64,000 nt of DNA from Leucoraja ocellata (taxonomy: Eukaryota). The notes below the pieces were generated by a model. It saw only the letters and a program-made list of their open reading frames with translations. It was not told the origin of the DNA and did not search any database. The DNA lies in assembly GCA_036785375.1 (NCBI GenBank), contig JAWMAR010000012.1:930001-994000 (forward strand). Reading direction: 5' to 3'. Position 1 is the stretch's first letter, and every line of letters begins with the position of its first letter. Of this stretch, positions 50,365 to 62,350 are shown piece by piece. Made by a program: the position numbers and the translations under genes.

Positions 50365-52490
50365 CTTTTTTGAGAACTGGGGCATCACTGAAAATGGCAG
50401 CATTATTTGGCCATTTCTAATTTCCCTTGGGAAAGTAGTGGTGAGTGACTTTCTTGAACTGCAACAATCCTTCCGGTGAAGGGTCTTCCAAGGTGCAAAG
50501 AGGATTCCTGGACATGGCTGTAACAATAAAGGTGGACCAGCAATATATTTTCAAGTGAAGTGCAATTTGGAGGGAAACCTGTAGGTGGTGGTGTTCCCTT
50601 GAACTTACTGTCCTTGTCCTTCAGGCAATTTGTGAGTTAGTGTACGAATATTTTATGCAAGAAACTGCAGTGCATTTTATAAATGACACCCACTGCAGCC
50701 ATTGCGCACCAGTTGTATAGAAACTGGATGTTTAGATTTATTAATGCAATGCCAAATCAAGTGACCTGCTTTGTCCTGGATGATACCTTGATAGCTGTTG
50801 GAGCAACACTCATCCTGGCAAGTGGAAAGTATTCCATATTTCCAGATTTGTGTCTTGTAGGGCTTGGGCATTCAGGAGACAAGTCACTCGCCACAGGATC
50901 CTCAATATCTGACCTGCTTTTTTAGCCACAGCACTTACATGTCAAGCCCTATTGATATTATGATCAATGACCCCCATAACTTTGATGGAGGTGATTTCAA
51001 CTATGATATTGCCAGTGTATGTCAAGGTAGGTGGTTAGATAAAGTAGTTGTTCGGCACATGTGTGACATGAAAATTACTGCATTACTGCATTTATCAGCC
51101 CACATTGTCCAAGTCTTGCTATATGCTATTGACTCGTCACTTGCTGAGCAATTTGAAATGCAATTGAATATTGTGTAGTCATCAGAAAATATCCCCACTT
51201 TTGACTGTCATAGAAGAAATGTCATTCATGAAGCCACTCGAGATGGCTGAGTTAAAGAAAGTGTTCTGAAGAACTTGTGCTGTAATATCCTGAGGTTTGG
51301 AAGATTGACTTTTGTGCAAAGTATAACTCCAACCATTGGAGTGTTTTCTTATCGATACACATTCACGACAATTTTACAAGGGCATTTTGATGCCACACTT
51401 GGTCAAAGCAGTTTACATAATTGGCATCCAATCAACCACCCTCAACATTCAATCTCTCCACTACTGGAAATACATTGCTGTTCAATCATCATTGTTGCAC
51501 CTAAATCCTAGAAATGCCTTCCAACAGCATGTGTAAGAAAAAATTGCAGATGCTGGTTAACACGAAGATAGACACAAAATTCTGGAGTAACTCAGCAGGT
51601 CAGGCAGCATCTCTGGAGAAAAGAATAGGTGACGTTTCGGGTCGAGACCCTTATTCAGACTGTGTCTGAAGAAGGGTTTCAACCCGAAACATCATCCATT
51701 CCTATTCTCCAGAGATGCTGCCTGACTTGCTGAATTACTCCAGCATTTTGTGTCTATATTCTCAACAGCATGTTGGAAGTACCTTCACCAGAAAGATTGT
51801 AGCTATTCAAGAAAGCTGCTCAACATCACTTTCTGAAGGACAATTAGGGATGGTCGTTAACACTGACTTTCCTTGATGGCCAGATACTAAGAAAATGAAT
51901 TAAACATACACAATAACGTGTTGGTGTAAGGACTGGAGTAAAGGTCAATACATTGAACATTGACATTCTGGAAGAATTAAAAAAGTGTATCACCTGTCCA
52001 TTCCCTCCACAGAGGCTGCTTGACTTGCTGATTTCCTCCAGCACTTTGTGGTTTGCTTAAGATTTCACCACCTGCAGTTTCTTGTGTCTTAAAAAGCAGG
52101 GATTGGACAGTGAAAACAGATTTTGCTGTTAATATCTAGGGCAGTCACTCTTAACCTCCCTCAACTCTGGTAATGCAGCTCTTTGACAATGTTTGGACCC
52201 AGACATTGATGAGTTCTAGAGATGAGTAGCCTGTCAAAACCTAAACTGGATGTGCATGAACAACTTATTACTGAGCAAGTGCTGCTAAACAGCACTGCTG
52301 ACAACATATTCCCTCATTTTGATGTTGATTGAGAGTGGACTAATTGAGCAATAATTAGCCAAATTGGATTTGTCCTGCGTTTTATAGATAGGACAAAGCT
52401 GGGCAGTTTTCCACATCGTCAGCAGGTGCCAGAGTTGTAACTGTACTGGAACAGCTTACCAAGAGGCGACACTAGTTCTGGACATAGGTA
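50365..52490. mobile_element. Cluster of ancient CR1-type fragments (minus 50365-51440, plus 51465-51905, minus 52090-52490)
   Basis: 3' end motif ttcaagaa.gc.gctca.ca.cac.tt.t.aagg.caattagg occurs in both orientations. Confidence 0.65.
51533..51762. mobile_element. Palindromic back-to-back PLE ends with two opposed hammerhead motifs and 11-bp TSD
   Basis: gacgtttcgggtcgagacccttattcagac-tgt-gtctgaagaagggtttcaacccgaaacatc. TSD CAACAGCATGT at 51522-51532 and 51763-51773. Confidence 0.92.
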
Positions 52491-53269
52491 TTATGCTGAA
52501 GGGAAATGACATCAACTGTAAGCTTTACATCATTGGAGTTATAACCAGCATAATTACATAGACAACTGGTATTTGAAACTTATTTGTGCCACAATATTAG
52601 TTACAAGTATTAATACAAACAGTATAATTGCTTTTATTTTGAAAATGTAAGAATAACATTGATTTCTAGAAAAAAAATCAATGCCTCGTACTCTGCGACT
52701 AACATTGTGCTGTCAATGCCAAATGGTTTATTCTAGCACCATTGTCGCACGAACAGGATAGTTATTCTGGGACTTTTATTCTCTTAAAAAATTCCACATT
52801 GTTTTCAAACTATCATTCATTTTCCTGAGGAAAATTATTTAAATTGTTTCATTACAGTTCAAAAAGATAAATGATAAAGTCCATTTTGAATTTAATGCAT
52901 CAATTGATTTCTGCTGCATACTAATACATCTTATGTTTTCTGCTTCCTACTAATGGAAATTTGCATGGCTTGCTGCTCTGGGGAGCAATCCATGAGGGAC
53001 ACTGTTGCAGTAGCCTATTACCTGCATCATGTGAGCTGCTTTGAAGCTTCGATCTCCTGCTGCTGCGGTATGAGGACATGCAGTCACAAGCAGCTCAGGA
53101 GTGCCCCCAAATTGCCCCCACTGATAGGATTGCAGAACCATTCTGAACCCACAACCATTTTCACCACATAGGCTTTTCAAATGAGGCTACCATACATTGT
53201 AATATTCTCAGGGAATCAGTCATCTGGTGCCCTATTCATCTTAAAACTTCAATAATGGTTTCAAATTCA

Positions 53270-53620
53270 ACGAAGTCCATGCCGACTATTGATCACCCAT
53301 TCACACAAGTTCTATGTATCCCACTTTCGCATTCACCTCCTACACACTCTTACAGAGGCCAATTAACCTACAAGCCCACACATCTTTAGGATGTGGGAGG
53401 AAACCGCAGCACCAACAGGAAAGCCAAGCAGTCACAGGAAGAACGTGCAAACTCCATACAGATGGCACCCGTGGTCAGGATCAAACCTGGGACCCTGGTG
53501 CTATGAGGCAGCATCTCTACCAGCTGTGCCACTGTCCTGCCTTGTGTTCCAGCTTCACATCCCAAAGATGTAGGAAATGAAAGGATATTTGGCCACTGTA
53601 AATTGCCCCCAGTGTGTAGG
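53270..53620 (-). mobile_element. V-SINE (minus) with an adjacent inverted SINE fragment
   Basis: ggatgtgggaggaaaccg...caaactccatacaga...caggatcaaacctggg. Confidence 0.8.
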
Positions 53621-53821
53621 TCAAGATTCAAGAGACTTTATTGTCATGTGTCCTGATAGGACAATGAAATTCTTGCTTTGCTTCAGCACAACAGAACATA
53701 GTAGGCATTGATTACAAAATAGATCAATGTGTCCATATACCGTCATATAAATATATACACACATGAATAAATAAACTGATAAAGTGTAGATTTGCAGATG
53801 GGTGGGGAGAGCGGATGTTGC

Positions 53822-54565
53822 ATAGAACATAGAACAGGTACAATACAGAAACGGGACCCTCGGCCCACAATGTTGTGGCGAACATAATGCCAAGTTAAAC
53901 TGATCTGACTTGCCGATCCATATCTATACCCTCTAGTCTTCCACGTGCCTATCCAAATGTCACCATCACCTGCCTCTGCCTCTGTGAAAACTTGCCCCAC
54001 ACATCTCCCATTAAGCTTTCCCCCCCTCACCATATAGCTATGCTCTCTAGTGTTGGACATTTCCACCCTGGGAAAAAGGTTTTGATTGTCTACCATATCT
54101 ATGCCTCTCATGTGTAGCAGGAGTGTCCTGGGGAGCAGTGTGGGCCCGACCCACCCACCGAGCAACCGCGGCGCCGATGACCAGAATGACGACTGAAGTT
54201 CGTAACGCGCCCCGGTAGGCCTGACTCGCCCCACAGGCCTCCCAGTGGACTGGGTCGCAAAGCCTGTCTGGGCCGAAGGAGTCTCAGTGGCAGCGGCAAT
54301 GGGAGGCTACGCGGAAGCAGCAGGAGCCTCGGCTGCAGCTTGAGCCTCAACGGCAACAGGATCCTCGGCGGTGGTGGGGACTCAGCGGCAATGGGGGCCT
54401 GGTTTAAGAAACAGTTAGACAGGTACATGGATAGGACAGGTTTGGAAGGATATGGACCAAACGTGGGTAGGTGGGACAGTGTAGCTGGGAGTTGTTGGAC
54501 AGTGTGGGCAAGTTGGGCTGAATGGCCTGTTTCCATGCAGTATCACTCTATGACTCTATGACTAA
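53822..54565. mobile_element. Two divergent CR1 3' ends (minus 53822-54110, plus 54402-54565) flanking a GC-rich insert
   Basis: MRGIDMVDNQNLFPRVEMSNTREH on the minus strand; (ctatgact)n tail on the plus strand. Confidence 0.8.
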
Positions 54566-56064
54566 CAGGTTGAGACTATGACTTCTCATATTGTGTTAAT
54601 TCATTGGATCCTCAACTAGTAACTTCGTATTTCATTCGTTGTTCTCAGCACAGTATGTTATTATTAAATCTTGAATTTAAAAAAAACATTAGTATCAATG
54701 TTAGTGACCATGAAATCCCAATGTCCATAAAAATCTGAAGTACAGTCAGAAAATGATAACTGCTGTATTTATATGGCAAGGCTGATATGCGATTCCAGAC
54801 CCAGCATTATGGTTTAACTTAGGTCAGAAACTGATTTCCGTTCAGAGATAAAGAAATGTAGCTGAGGTGTTGAAGGGGGCAGGGTTGAGATTGGGAAATT
54901 ATACGTTCGGCATTTAGAGGATTCCAGGATTGCGCAATACACCCTGGTTTATTCACAGAATAACAATTAGCTGCACAGACTTGTCAGTAAAATAAAATCT
55001 ATCTTGAGTTTAAAAAGGGAACAATCACAGAGAGGAGAAAGGTGAAGATGTGCAGAAGTCCCTGGAGTACAAATGTAGCGAGGGAGGTTATTTAGCTTAA
55101 TAAATAAGTCCTTTCAAAACAGCACCTATTTAAACCTCATTCAGTTAAGCGCCGTTCCCCTCTGTGCTCGTATGCATTCTATAAACATGCCCTTATTGTT
55201 TGCTTCCCTGAGCTGCTTGCACATTAATTGATGACTTGCCAAATAAAATTAACATTGAATGATTTTATTCTTTGTGTGTGAACAATACATATACAGTGAT
55301 GAGCCAGAATGCTATCCTCTTGCTAGTGCATTGTCCTCTGCCTCCATTTGAAAACCTAATAAAAGGGTGAAGTGTTGTCGCTGACTGCAGAGTGGCTAAT
55401 TAAGATTCTGCTGGTGTGCTGCCCTTCGGTGGTTGTTCCCTGGAGAATTTAGTAACTGCTGGAGCAATATCTTATGCTGCCATCAAGGGGCCAACTTGAT
55501 TTGAACGGCAGCAAATACCAGCAGCACAGCCATACGTAATATCACATTAGTGGCACTGACATGACACATAGACACCTGCCCTTTCTAATGCTTCATATAC
55601 ATTGCTGTCAGTTTAAGCCTTTTTTAGGAATGTTGAGCCAAGTGTTGCACAACATTTATGAATCCCTTAATTTTCATTGCCTGCAAAGTTGGATTTTTAT
55701 TGTTAATGGTGATGATAGGTATGTCTTATGCTCAATTTCGGAACACAAAATCAGATCACAGAACATCTAGATAGCAGTGGAGTGACTAAGTGAGCTATTA
55801 GGGCATTGAAGATATTAATCAGTGGCCAGACCTGCTATGCTGAAAGTAGTCACTGTCGATGACCTATACAGTGAAAGGTAAATTTCAGAATCTTGTTTTT
55901 AAATCCGTTTGTTGGAGTGCAGAACATCATACTTGCTCCATGGACCCTGGAATTGATACCATCTCCACTGCCCCTCATTCTGTGCTGCAGTTGCCACCTC
56001 TATTCCTCTTTCTGGGCCTTGGTTGCAGATTGCTGCGAGGAGTCAAGTGACCAGACGCTAGAGA

Positions 56065-56262
56065 CAAAAGAGACTGCAGATGTTGGAATTTGGAATACAA
56101 AACAAATTGCTGGAGGAACTCAGCAGGTCAGGCAGCTTCTGTGGAGAAAATGGACAGACAAAGTTTCAGGTTGGGATCCTTGTTCACTTTGAAACATCGT
56201 TCATCCATTTCTTTCACAGATGCTGCCCGACTCGCTGAGTTCCTCCAGCAGTTTGTTTTTTA
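56065..56262. mobile_element. Palindromic back-to-back PLE ends, older subfamily
   Basis: aaacaaattgctggaggaactcagcaggtcaggcagc / gctgcccgactcgctgagttcctccagcagtttgttt. Confidence 0.85.
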
Positions 56263-56847
56263 CTCAAATGACCTGATACTGATGTCTTCCTTTGAAAGCA
56301 CTCCTCCAATTACAATGATGAAGTCCAAAGACTAAGGGAACAGAAACATAAAATCAGGTTGCAAGGCCAGTATAAGCATCTGCTGTAATATGATTCCTAA
56401 TCATATCATATCAACTGGGGAATTTAAATTCATTGGTTAAATATGTCAGGAAATAAAATGCTCATATCATCAGTGATGATCAGGAAACTGCAAATTGCCA
56501 TAAAAACCTGGTCCAATGTTCCTCATGGAAAGAATCTGTCATCTCACGAATGAAGGGATAATAAAATAGGATACATGTAGATGATTGTTGATAATTGGCA
56601 GAGACTCAGCTCAATGACTCTACACCTCCTCAGTTCAAGGCAATTTAAGATTGCCAATGAATGCCATAGTGTGAACAAATAAACACATTTCCATATCTCC
56701 TTTGGTGTTTTCATTTGGGGTGACAAAGATCACACCAATGGAACTATTAAGGAAATCATCCACTGTAATTTCTTTTTTCCAGTAAATCTCATGATATTTC
56801 TTTTGCATTTCTGGTCAACTGCATTGCGTAGTAAAAACCATTATTTT

Positions 56848-56982
56848 CTGAAGTATGAAGAAGGGTCTCGACACGAAATGTCATCTATTCCTTTTCTCCA
56901 GAGATGCTGCCTGAACAGCTGAGTTACTCCAGCCTTTTGTGCCTACCTTCAGTTTAAACCAGCATCTGCACTTCCTCCCTAC
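56848..56982 (+). mobile_element. PLE end with degenerate hammerhead motif
   Basis: tgaagaagggtctcgacacgaaatgtc...ccagcatctgcacttcc. Confidence 0.85.
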
Positions 56983-57615
56983 GCCATTACTTTCAACTAA
57001 GTTGTGAATTCCATTGATGAAATGTAATGAGCTGGAGGAATAATTATTTGACAGTGGAAACAGAGCCTTTACATATTCTTAAAGTAAAGATAGGCAGAGT
57101 CTTAGCAATCAAGGAAGAGAACGATGACTCGGGGTGGACTGGAATGCAGAGGTGTGGTCGTCTGATCAGCCATAATCTTATTAAAATAGCAGTGCAGGCT
57201 TGAGTAGCTGAATGGCCTATCCCTGCTCCTAATCTGCTGGTATGGTATCTGCTGGTATGTTATCTATTAAAGGAGCTGTGAGAAGATACAGGGCAGTATC
57301 AGCAAACTTTACGCTGTGATCCCACTTGATATCCTAAATCAACAACAGAAATCAGGGGCACGGTATTACAGGACCATGTGGGGAAATCTGTCAGCTTTTC
57401 CCACCATACACCACGTAAAGCACAGCACTCTTATATTTCCGGCCATGAACATGCAAGTCTGGGAAAGTGGAAGTTGCTGTAAGCTGCTTACAGCTGGACA
57501 GACAATGTACTCCCTGTGGAGTTCATTGTGAGAGTATGACCTCAGCCATATTGCTCGATAGTTAATTTAAAAATTCACAACAATATTCTGTGCAGTTCAA
57601 GGAGAAGCAACTTAC

Positions 57616-57653
57616 CTTCACCCTCGGAAGGAAGGAAAGGACAACTATCAGAC
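57616..57653 (-). CDS. Candidate 38-nt internal exon (LIVVLSFLPRVK or SDSCPFLPSEGE)
   Basis: Minus strand reads ctttttctattaaactctgaatcacag|GTCTG...GTGAAG|gtaagt, a perfect donor. Confidence 0.4.
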
Positions 57654-57692
57654 CTGTGATTCAGAGTTTAATAGAAAAAGCAGATTGCTTAA

Positions 57693-58001
57693 GGGCTGCA
57701 CATTGGTGCAGCTGGTAAAGCTGCTGCCTCACAGGGGCATAGCCCCAGGCTTAATCCCAATTTCCGGTGCTGTCTATGTGGATTTTGCACGTTCTCGCCG
57801 TGACCACGTGAGTTTCCTCTGGGTCCTCTGGTTTCCTGCCACATGCCAAAGATGTGTGGGCTTGGAGCCGCTTAAATTGCCCATGTGTAGGGAATGGATA
57901 CGAAATTGGGATAACATAAAGCTAGTGTGAATGGATGATCAATAGTCGGCATGGATATGGTGGTTCAAAGGACCTGTTTCCATGATGTATCTATAAACTA
58001 A
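57693..58001 (+). mobile_element. HE1-type V-SINE, near full length
   Basis: ggtgcagctggtaaagctgctgcctcac head, V domain, cctgtttccatgatgtatcta..aaactaa tail. Confidence 0.85.
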
Positions 58002-58695
58002 AGGGCCTGTCCCACTTACGTGTCCTTGGCACGCAAATTACGCTACCTCATGGTCGCGTTGAAGCGTACGGGCATCGTATGGCCGCACGGGGCCAGTCCC
58101 ACTTAGAAGCGCAGAGGGGTATGTAGTTGTGCGCGACATCGCGTGGGGCTCCGAAATGTTAGTAGTGAACAAAATCTTTGCGCGCCAACGGCCTGTCACG
58201 GAACTGCCAGCCAAAGTGGGACAGGCCTAAGACCCTGGGGCGACGCAATGTCTCACTTTCAACAGCAGCAGAAGCAGGCAAACAATCGCCAAACTCGGCA
58301 TGGGGTTCACGGCCGTTAAGGTGTGGATCCGCCCCCGCTTATACTCCCAGAGCGGGGCCAAGAAAATTGAAGATAGATACAAAATGCAAGAGTAACTCAG
58401 CGGGACCGACAGCATCTCTGGAGAGAAGCAATGGGTGACGTTTCGGGTCAAGACCCTTTTTTCACACTGAAGAAGAATTTCGACATGAAACGTCACCCAT
58501 TGCTTCTCTCCAGAGATGCTGCCGGTCCCGCTGAGTTATTCCAGCTTTGTGTCCATCTTCAAATGACGTCACGCACTCCAGACGGCTGTGCGTACGCATG
58601 TAATCGCGCCCGATCTTCACTCGACCGTCTCGGCTCAACGCGACCACGAGGACGCGTAATTTGCATGTCAAGGACACGTAAGTGGGACAGACCCT
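58002..58695. mobile_element. Harbinger MITE with long TIRs, hosting a PLE palindrome (58368-58562)
   Basis: AGGGCCTGTCCCACTTACGTGTCCTTG / CAAGGACACGTAAGTGGGACAGACCCT, TSD TAA/TAA. Confidence 0.92.
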
Positions 58696-60014
58696 TAAGA
58701 CTCCAAACTAAAAATGTTTAAAAGGTGTTAAATGTATTCAGATGTGTTTAGTTCTTTAGAAATATTTTAAAGTATTTTAGCTGTTTTAAATTTACAGATC
58801 CTTTAATGTTTTTTATTTTTGTTTTGACCTTTTACTGAATTTCCTAGACAAATTCAGTTTGCCAATTATTTAACAATCTTTATGGTTCTGGCTAAAAGTC
58901 AGAAAATGACAGGAGGCATCCACGTTTCTTCCTCCTTTTTTGTTGGTGGGTGGGACATGGAATCCTGGTATTGAGGGACAAGAGACAAAGGACATTTATT
59001 GTCACGTACACCAATTGGTGCGGTGAAATTTGAGTTATCATGCAGCTTGGCACGATTTTCCAGTAGTGACGTCACCACCCCACCCCGCCCCCCCCCCCCC
59101 CCCCCCGGTTCTTCAAAAGACGCAGAAAGAACGAGCAAATGGGCTCTGGTCCGCAGATCCCAAGGGCTTCCGAGGTCACCCAAGGTCACGAACACTCACG
59201 AGCTTCCTCGCTTGCTTTTGAAGAACTTTCTCCTCGCAGCCTGCTGCGCTATGTTCCATGCGCAGCGAGTGAAGTCACCCCCTCCCCGCCCCCTCCCCCT
59301 CCCCCTCCCTCCCGCTGCTAACCACCCCCCCTCCTCTCTCCCCCTCCTCTCTCCCCCTCCTCTCTCCCCCTCCTCACTCCCCCTCCTCTCTTCCCCCTCC
59401 TCTCACCCCCTCTCTCTATCCTCCTCCCCCCACCTCTCACCCCTTCCCCCTTCCTCTCTCTCACTCCACTCCCCCACTCCCCTTCCCTTCTCCCCTCCCC
59501 TCCACCTCCCTCCCCCTCCCTTCCCCACCTCCCCCTCCCCCAATCCCCACTCCCCCCCCTCTCTTCCCTCTCCCCCTTCTCCCCTCCACCCTTCTTCCCC
59601 CTCCCCCCCTCCCTCCCCCTCACTCCCCCTACCCTGTGTGTGCGGGGAGTGGTTAGTGTCTGTGCGATGCCACAGCCCCCTTCCCCCCCCGAAACCGCGC
59701 GTTGGGGGGACTGGTCCCAACGGGGTCCCCATTGGTCTAGTAAAACTTAAAACATCCCCCACAGTGGAATCAACGTTTCCCACCGTGAGGGAAGGCAATA
59801 ACGTTCAGTCCTCTTCCTCAGGTTCACCCATGGTCGGGGTTTATTGAGGCCTCCGCAGTTGCCGCAACGGCGGCCCGATGTTTCGGCCCACTTGCTGAGA
59901 TAGAGAAACTCCAACATTGGAACGGAAGAACACTCCCACCCACTCGCTCACATGGCTCCCCTCCTCCTCTCCCCCCTCCACCGCCCCCCCCCACCCTTCT
60001 TCTCCCCACCTCTT

Positions 60015-60157
60015 NNNNNNNNNNNNNNNNNNNNNNNNNNNNNNNNNNNNNNNNNNNNNNNNNNNNNNNNNNNNNNNNNNNNNNNNNNNNNNNNNNNNNN
60101 NNNNNNNNNNNNNNNNNNNNNNNNNNNNNNNNNNNNNNNNNNNNNNNNNNNNNNNNN
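60015..60157. other. Assembly gap
   Basis: Run of N. Confidence 1.
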
Positions 60158-61204
60158 TACACCCTCCTCTATTTTCCTCCCCTTCCCCCTCTGCCCCCCT
60201 CCCCACTAACCCCCTACCCACTACCCTCCCCTCCGCCCCCTCTCCCCTCCCCCTCTCCCCCTCCCTTTCCCCCCTCATCCCCCCCACCCACCCATTCCTT
60301 TCTACCCCCCTCCTCTCTCCCCTCTACTCTCTTTCCCCTTTACCGACCATCTCTCTCCCCTCTCTCCCCGCCTCTGCCCCACTTCCCCACTACACCCCCC
60401 TCCCCCTCTCCTCCCTCCCTTTCCCCCCTCTTCCCCCACCTCTACCACCCTTCTCTCTACCCCTCTTCTCTCTACCCCCACCTCTCCCCCCTCCTCTCTC
60501 CCCCCTTCCTCTCTCCCCACACCTCTCTCCTCCCTCCCCCTCCTCACTCCCCCATTCTCTCTCCCCCACTCCTCTCTCCCCCTCCTCTTTCCCCTCTCCT
60601 CTCACCCCATCCTCTCTCCCGTCTACTCTCTACCTCCCCTCCCTCCCCCTCCCTCCCCCCTCCCTCCCCCCTCTACCCCCTCACTCCCTCCTCCCACCCC
60701 TCCTCTCTCTCCCCACCTCCACACTCTCTCCCCCTCCTCTCTCTCCCCCTCCTCTCTCTCCCCCCTCTCCCCCTCCCCTCTCTCCCCCCCTCTCCCCCCC
60801 CTCTCCCCTCCTCCTCCCCCACTCCCCTCCCCCCCTTCTCCCTCCCCCTCACTTTCCCCACCTCTACCCCCCTTTCCCCACCTCTACCCCCCTTACCCCC
60901 TCTCCCTCCCTCTCTCACCCCCCCCATCCCCCCTCACCGAGTGTGTGGGGGGTGGTTAGTGTGCGTGTGACGCCGCAGCCACCCCCCCCCCCCCCCCACC
61001 CCCCCCCCCCCCCCCCCAGGGGATGGGACCCAACGGGTCCCCGTGGTCCAGTAAAACATAAAATATCCCCCACAGCGGAATCAACGTTTCCCACTGTGAG
61101 GGAAGGCAAGCTCACCTGTGCTCAGGGCCTATTGAGTCCTCCGCAGTCGCCTCCCCGATGTTTCAGGCCCTCTCGCCAGGATGGTGAAACTCTGACGTCG
61201 GAAC

Positions 61205-61575
61205 ATAGAAACATAGAAACATAGAAAATAGGTGCAGGAGTAGGCCATTCGGCCCTTCGAGCCTGCACCGCAATTCTATATGATCATGGCTGACCATCCA
61301 ACTCAGTATCCTGTACCTGCCTTCTCTCCATACCCTCTGATCACTTTAGCCACAAGGGCCACATCTAACTCCCTCTTAAATTTAGCCAATGAACTGATCT
61401 CAACCACCCGTTGTGGCAGAGAGTTCCACAGATTCACCACGCTCTGTGTGAAAAAAATGTTTCTCATCTCTGTCCCAAAAGACTTCCCCCTTATCCTCAA
61501 ACTGTGACCCTTTGTTCTGGACTTCCCCAACATCGGGAACAATCTTCCTGCACCTAGCCTGTCCAACCCCTTAAG
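61205..61575 (-). mobile_element. CR1 3' end, same young family as 8212 and 20205
   Basis: DRLGAGRLFPMLGKSRTKGHSLRIRG...GEKAGTGY, (gaaacata)n tail, probable GAAC TSD. Confidence 0.93.
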
Positions 61576-62164
61576 AACGGAAGAACACTCTCAGCGGCTT
61601 GAGGGCATTGCCATCAAGGATTCCTCCCTGTAGTTACCAGCGGTTCTCACCGGCATTTTGCCATAAATTCTGTTCCCATGTAATGTAAACTTCATCAGTT
61701 TTAACTTGCTAACAGATTTGTTGATATTATTGTAGATCATTATTGAAAGTATTGGCTTGTTTGGTTAAATGGAGCTTAACTAACTACATTTATCACAACT
61801 AAGCTTTACATTACAATTTGGCCCACAGATTCAATGCAATCACAGTCTTGGATAAAATGTTTCTACATCCGTATCTTTTACACACTGAGATGATTTTCTA
61901 TCACGTTGAGTCATGTCTGTCAACATGTTTTATACTTCTGCAAGATTTAATGGAGGTGTAAATTGCATTTTAATGCAATCACATTAGTCATTTATCACAA
62001 AATAGAACTGCAGGAAATGGCCAAGTTCATCAAACTTGTACTGCATTTGTGATAACTTTTGTGATTATGATCTGAGCTGAACAAAACTGTGGCTTCTCTT
62101 TGTGCAAATGATGGGGTGGCAAAGGGTTCCTAATTGACGTCCCATTGACGGGTTCCCATTGACG

Positions 62165-62303
62165 TGCCCTGTCCCATTGACGTGACCTTTCAGCGACTGT
62201 CTTCAACCTTCAACCTCAAGGGCACTCGCCTGAAAAACCTCGAGCTGGATCGACCGTCAGCGATGAAAGCACGAGCTGGATCAAACGCACACACACACAC
62301 ACA

Positions 62304-62350
<47 letters not shown>

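Larger units (their letters stand above)
59040..61592 (+). repeat. Two tandem units of [C/T-rich tract + Helitron-type 3' end + shared flank], separated by a gap
   Basis: ggtcccaacggggtccccattggtCTAG|t (to 59740) and gggacccaacgggtccccgtggtCCAG|t (to 61051). Each is followed by aaaac.taaaa.atcccccacag.ggaatcaacgtttccca. Confidence 0.8.

Noticed and set aside
58999-61224. Long Pro/Ser/Leu-rich ORFs (282 aa, 435 aa) and Gly/Arg/Glu-rich antisense ORFs
   Set aside because: Artefacts of stop-free C/T low-complexity DNA; one spans an N-gap.
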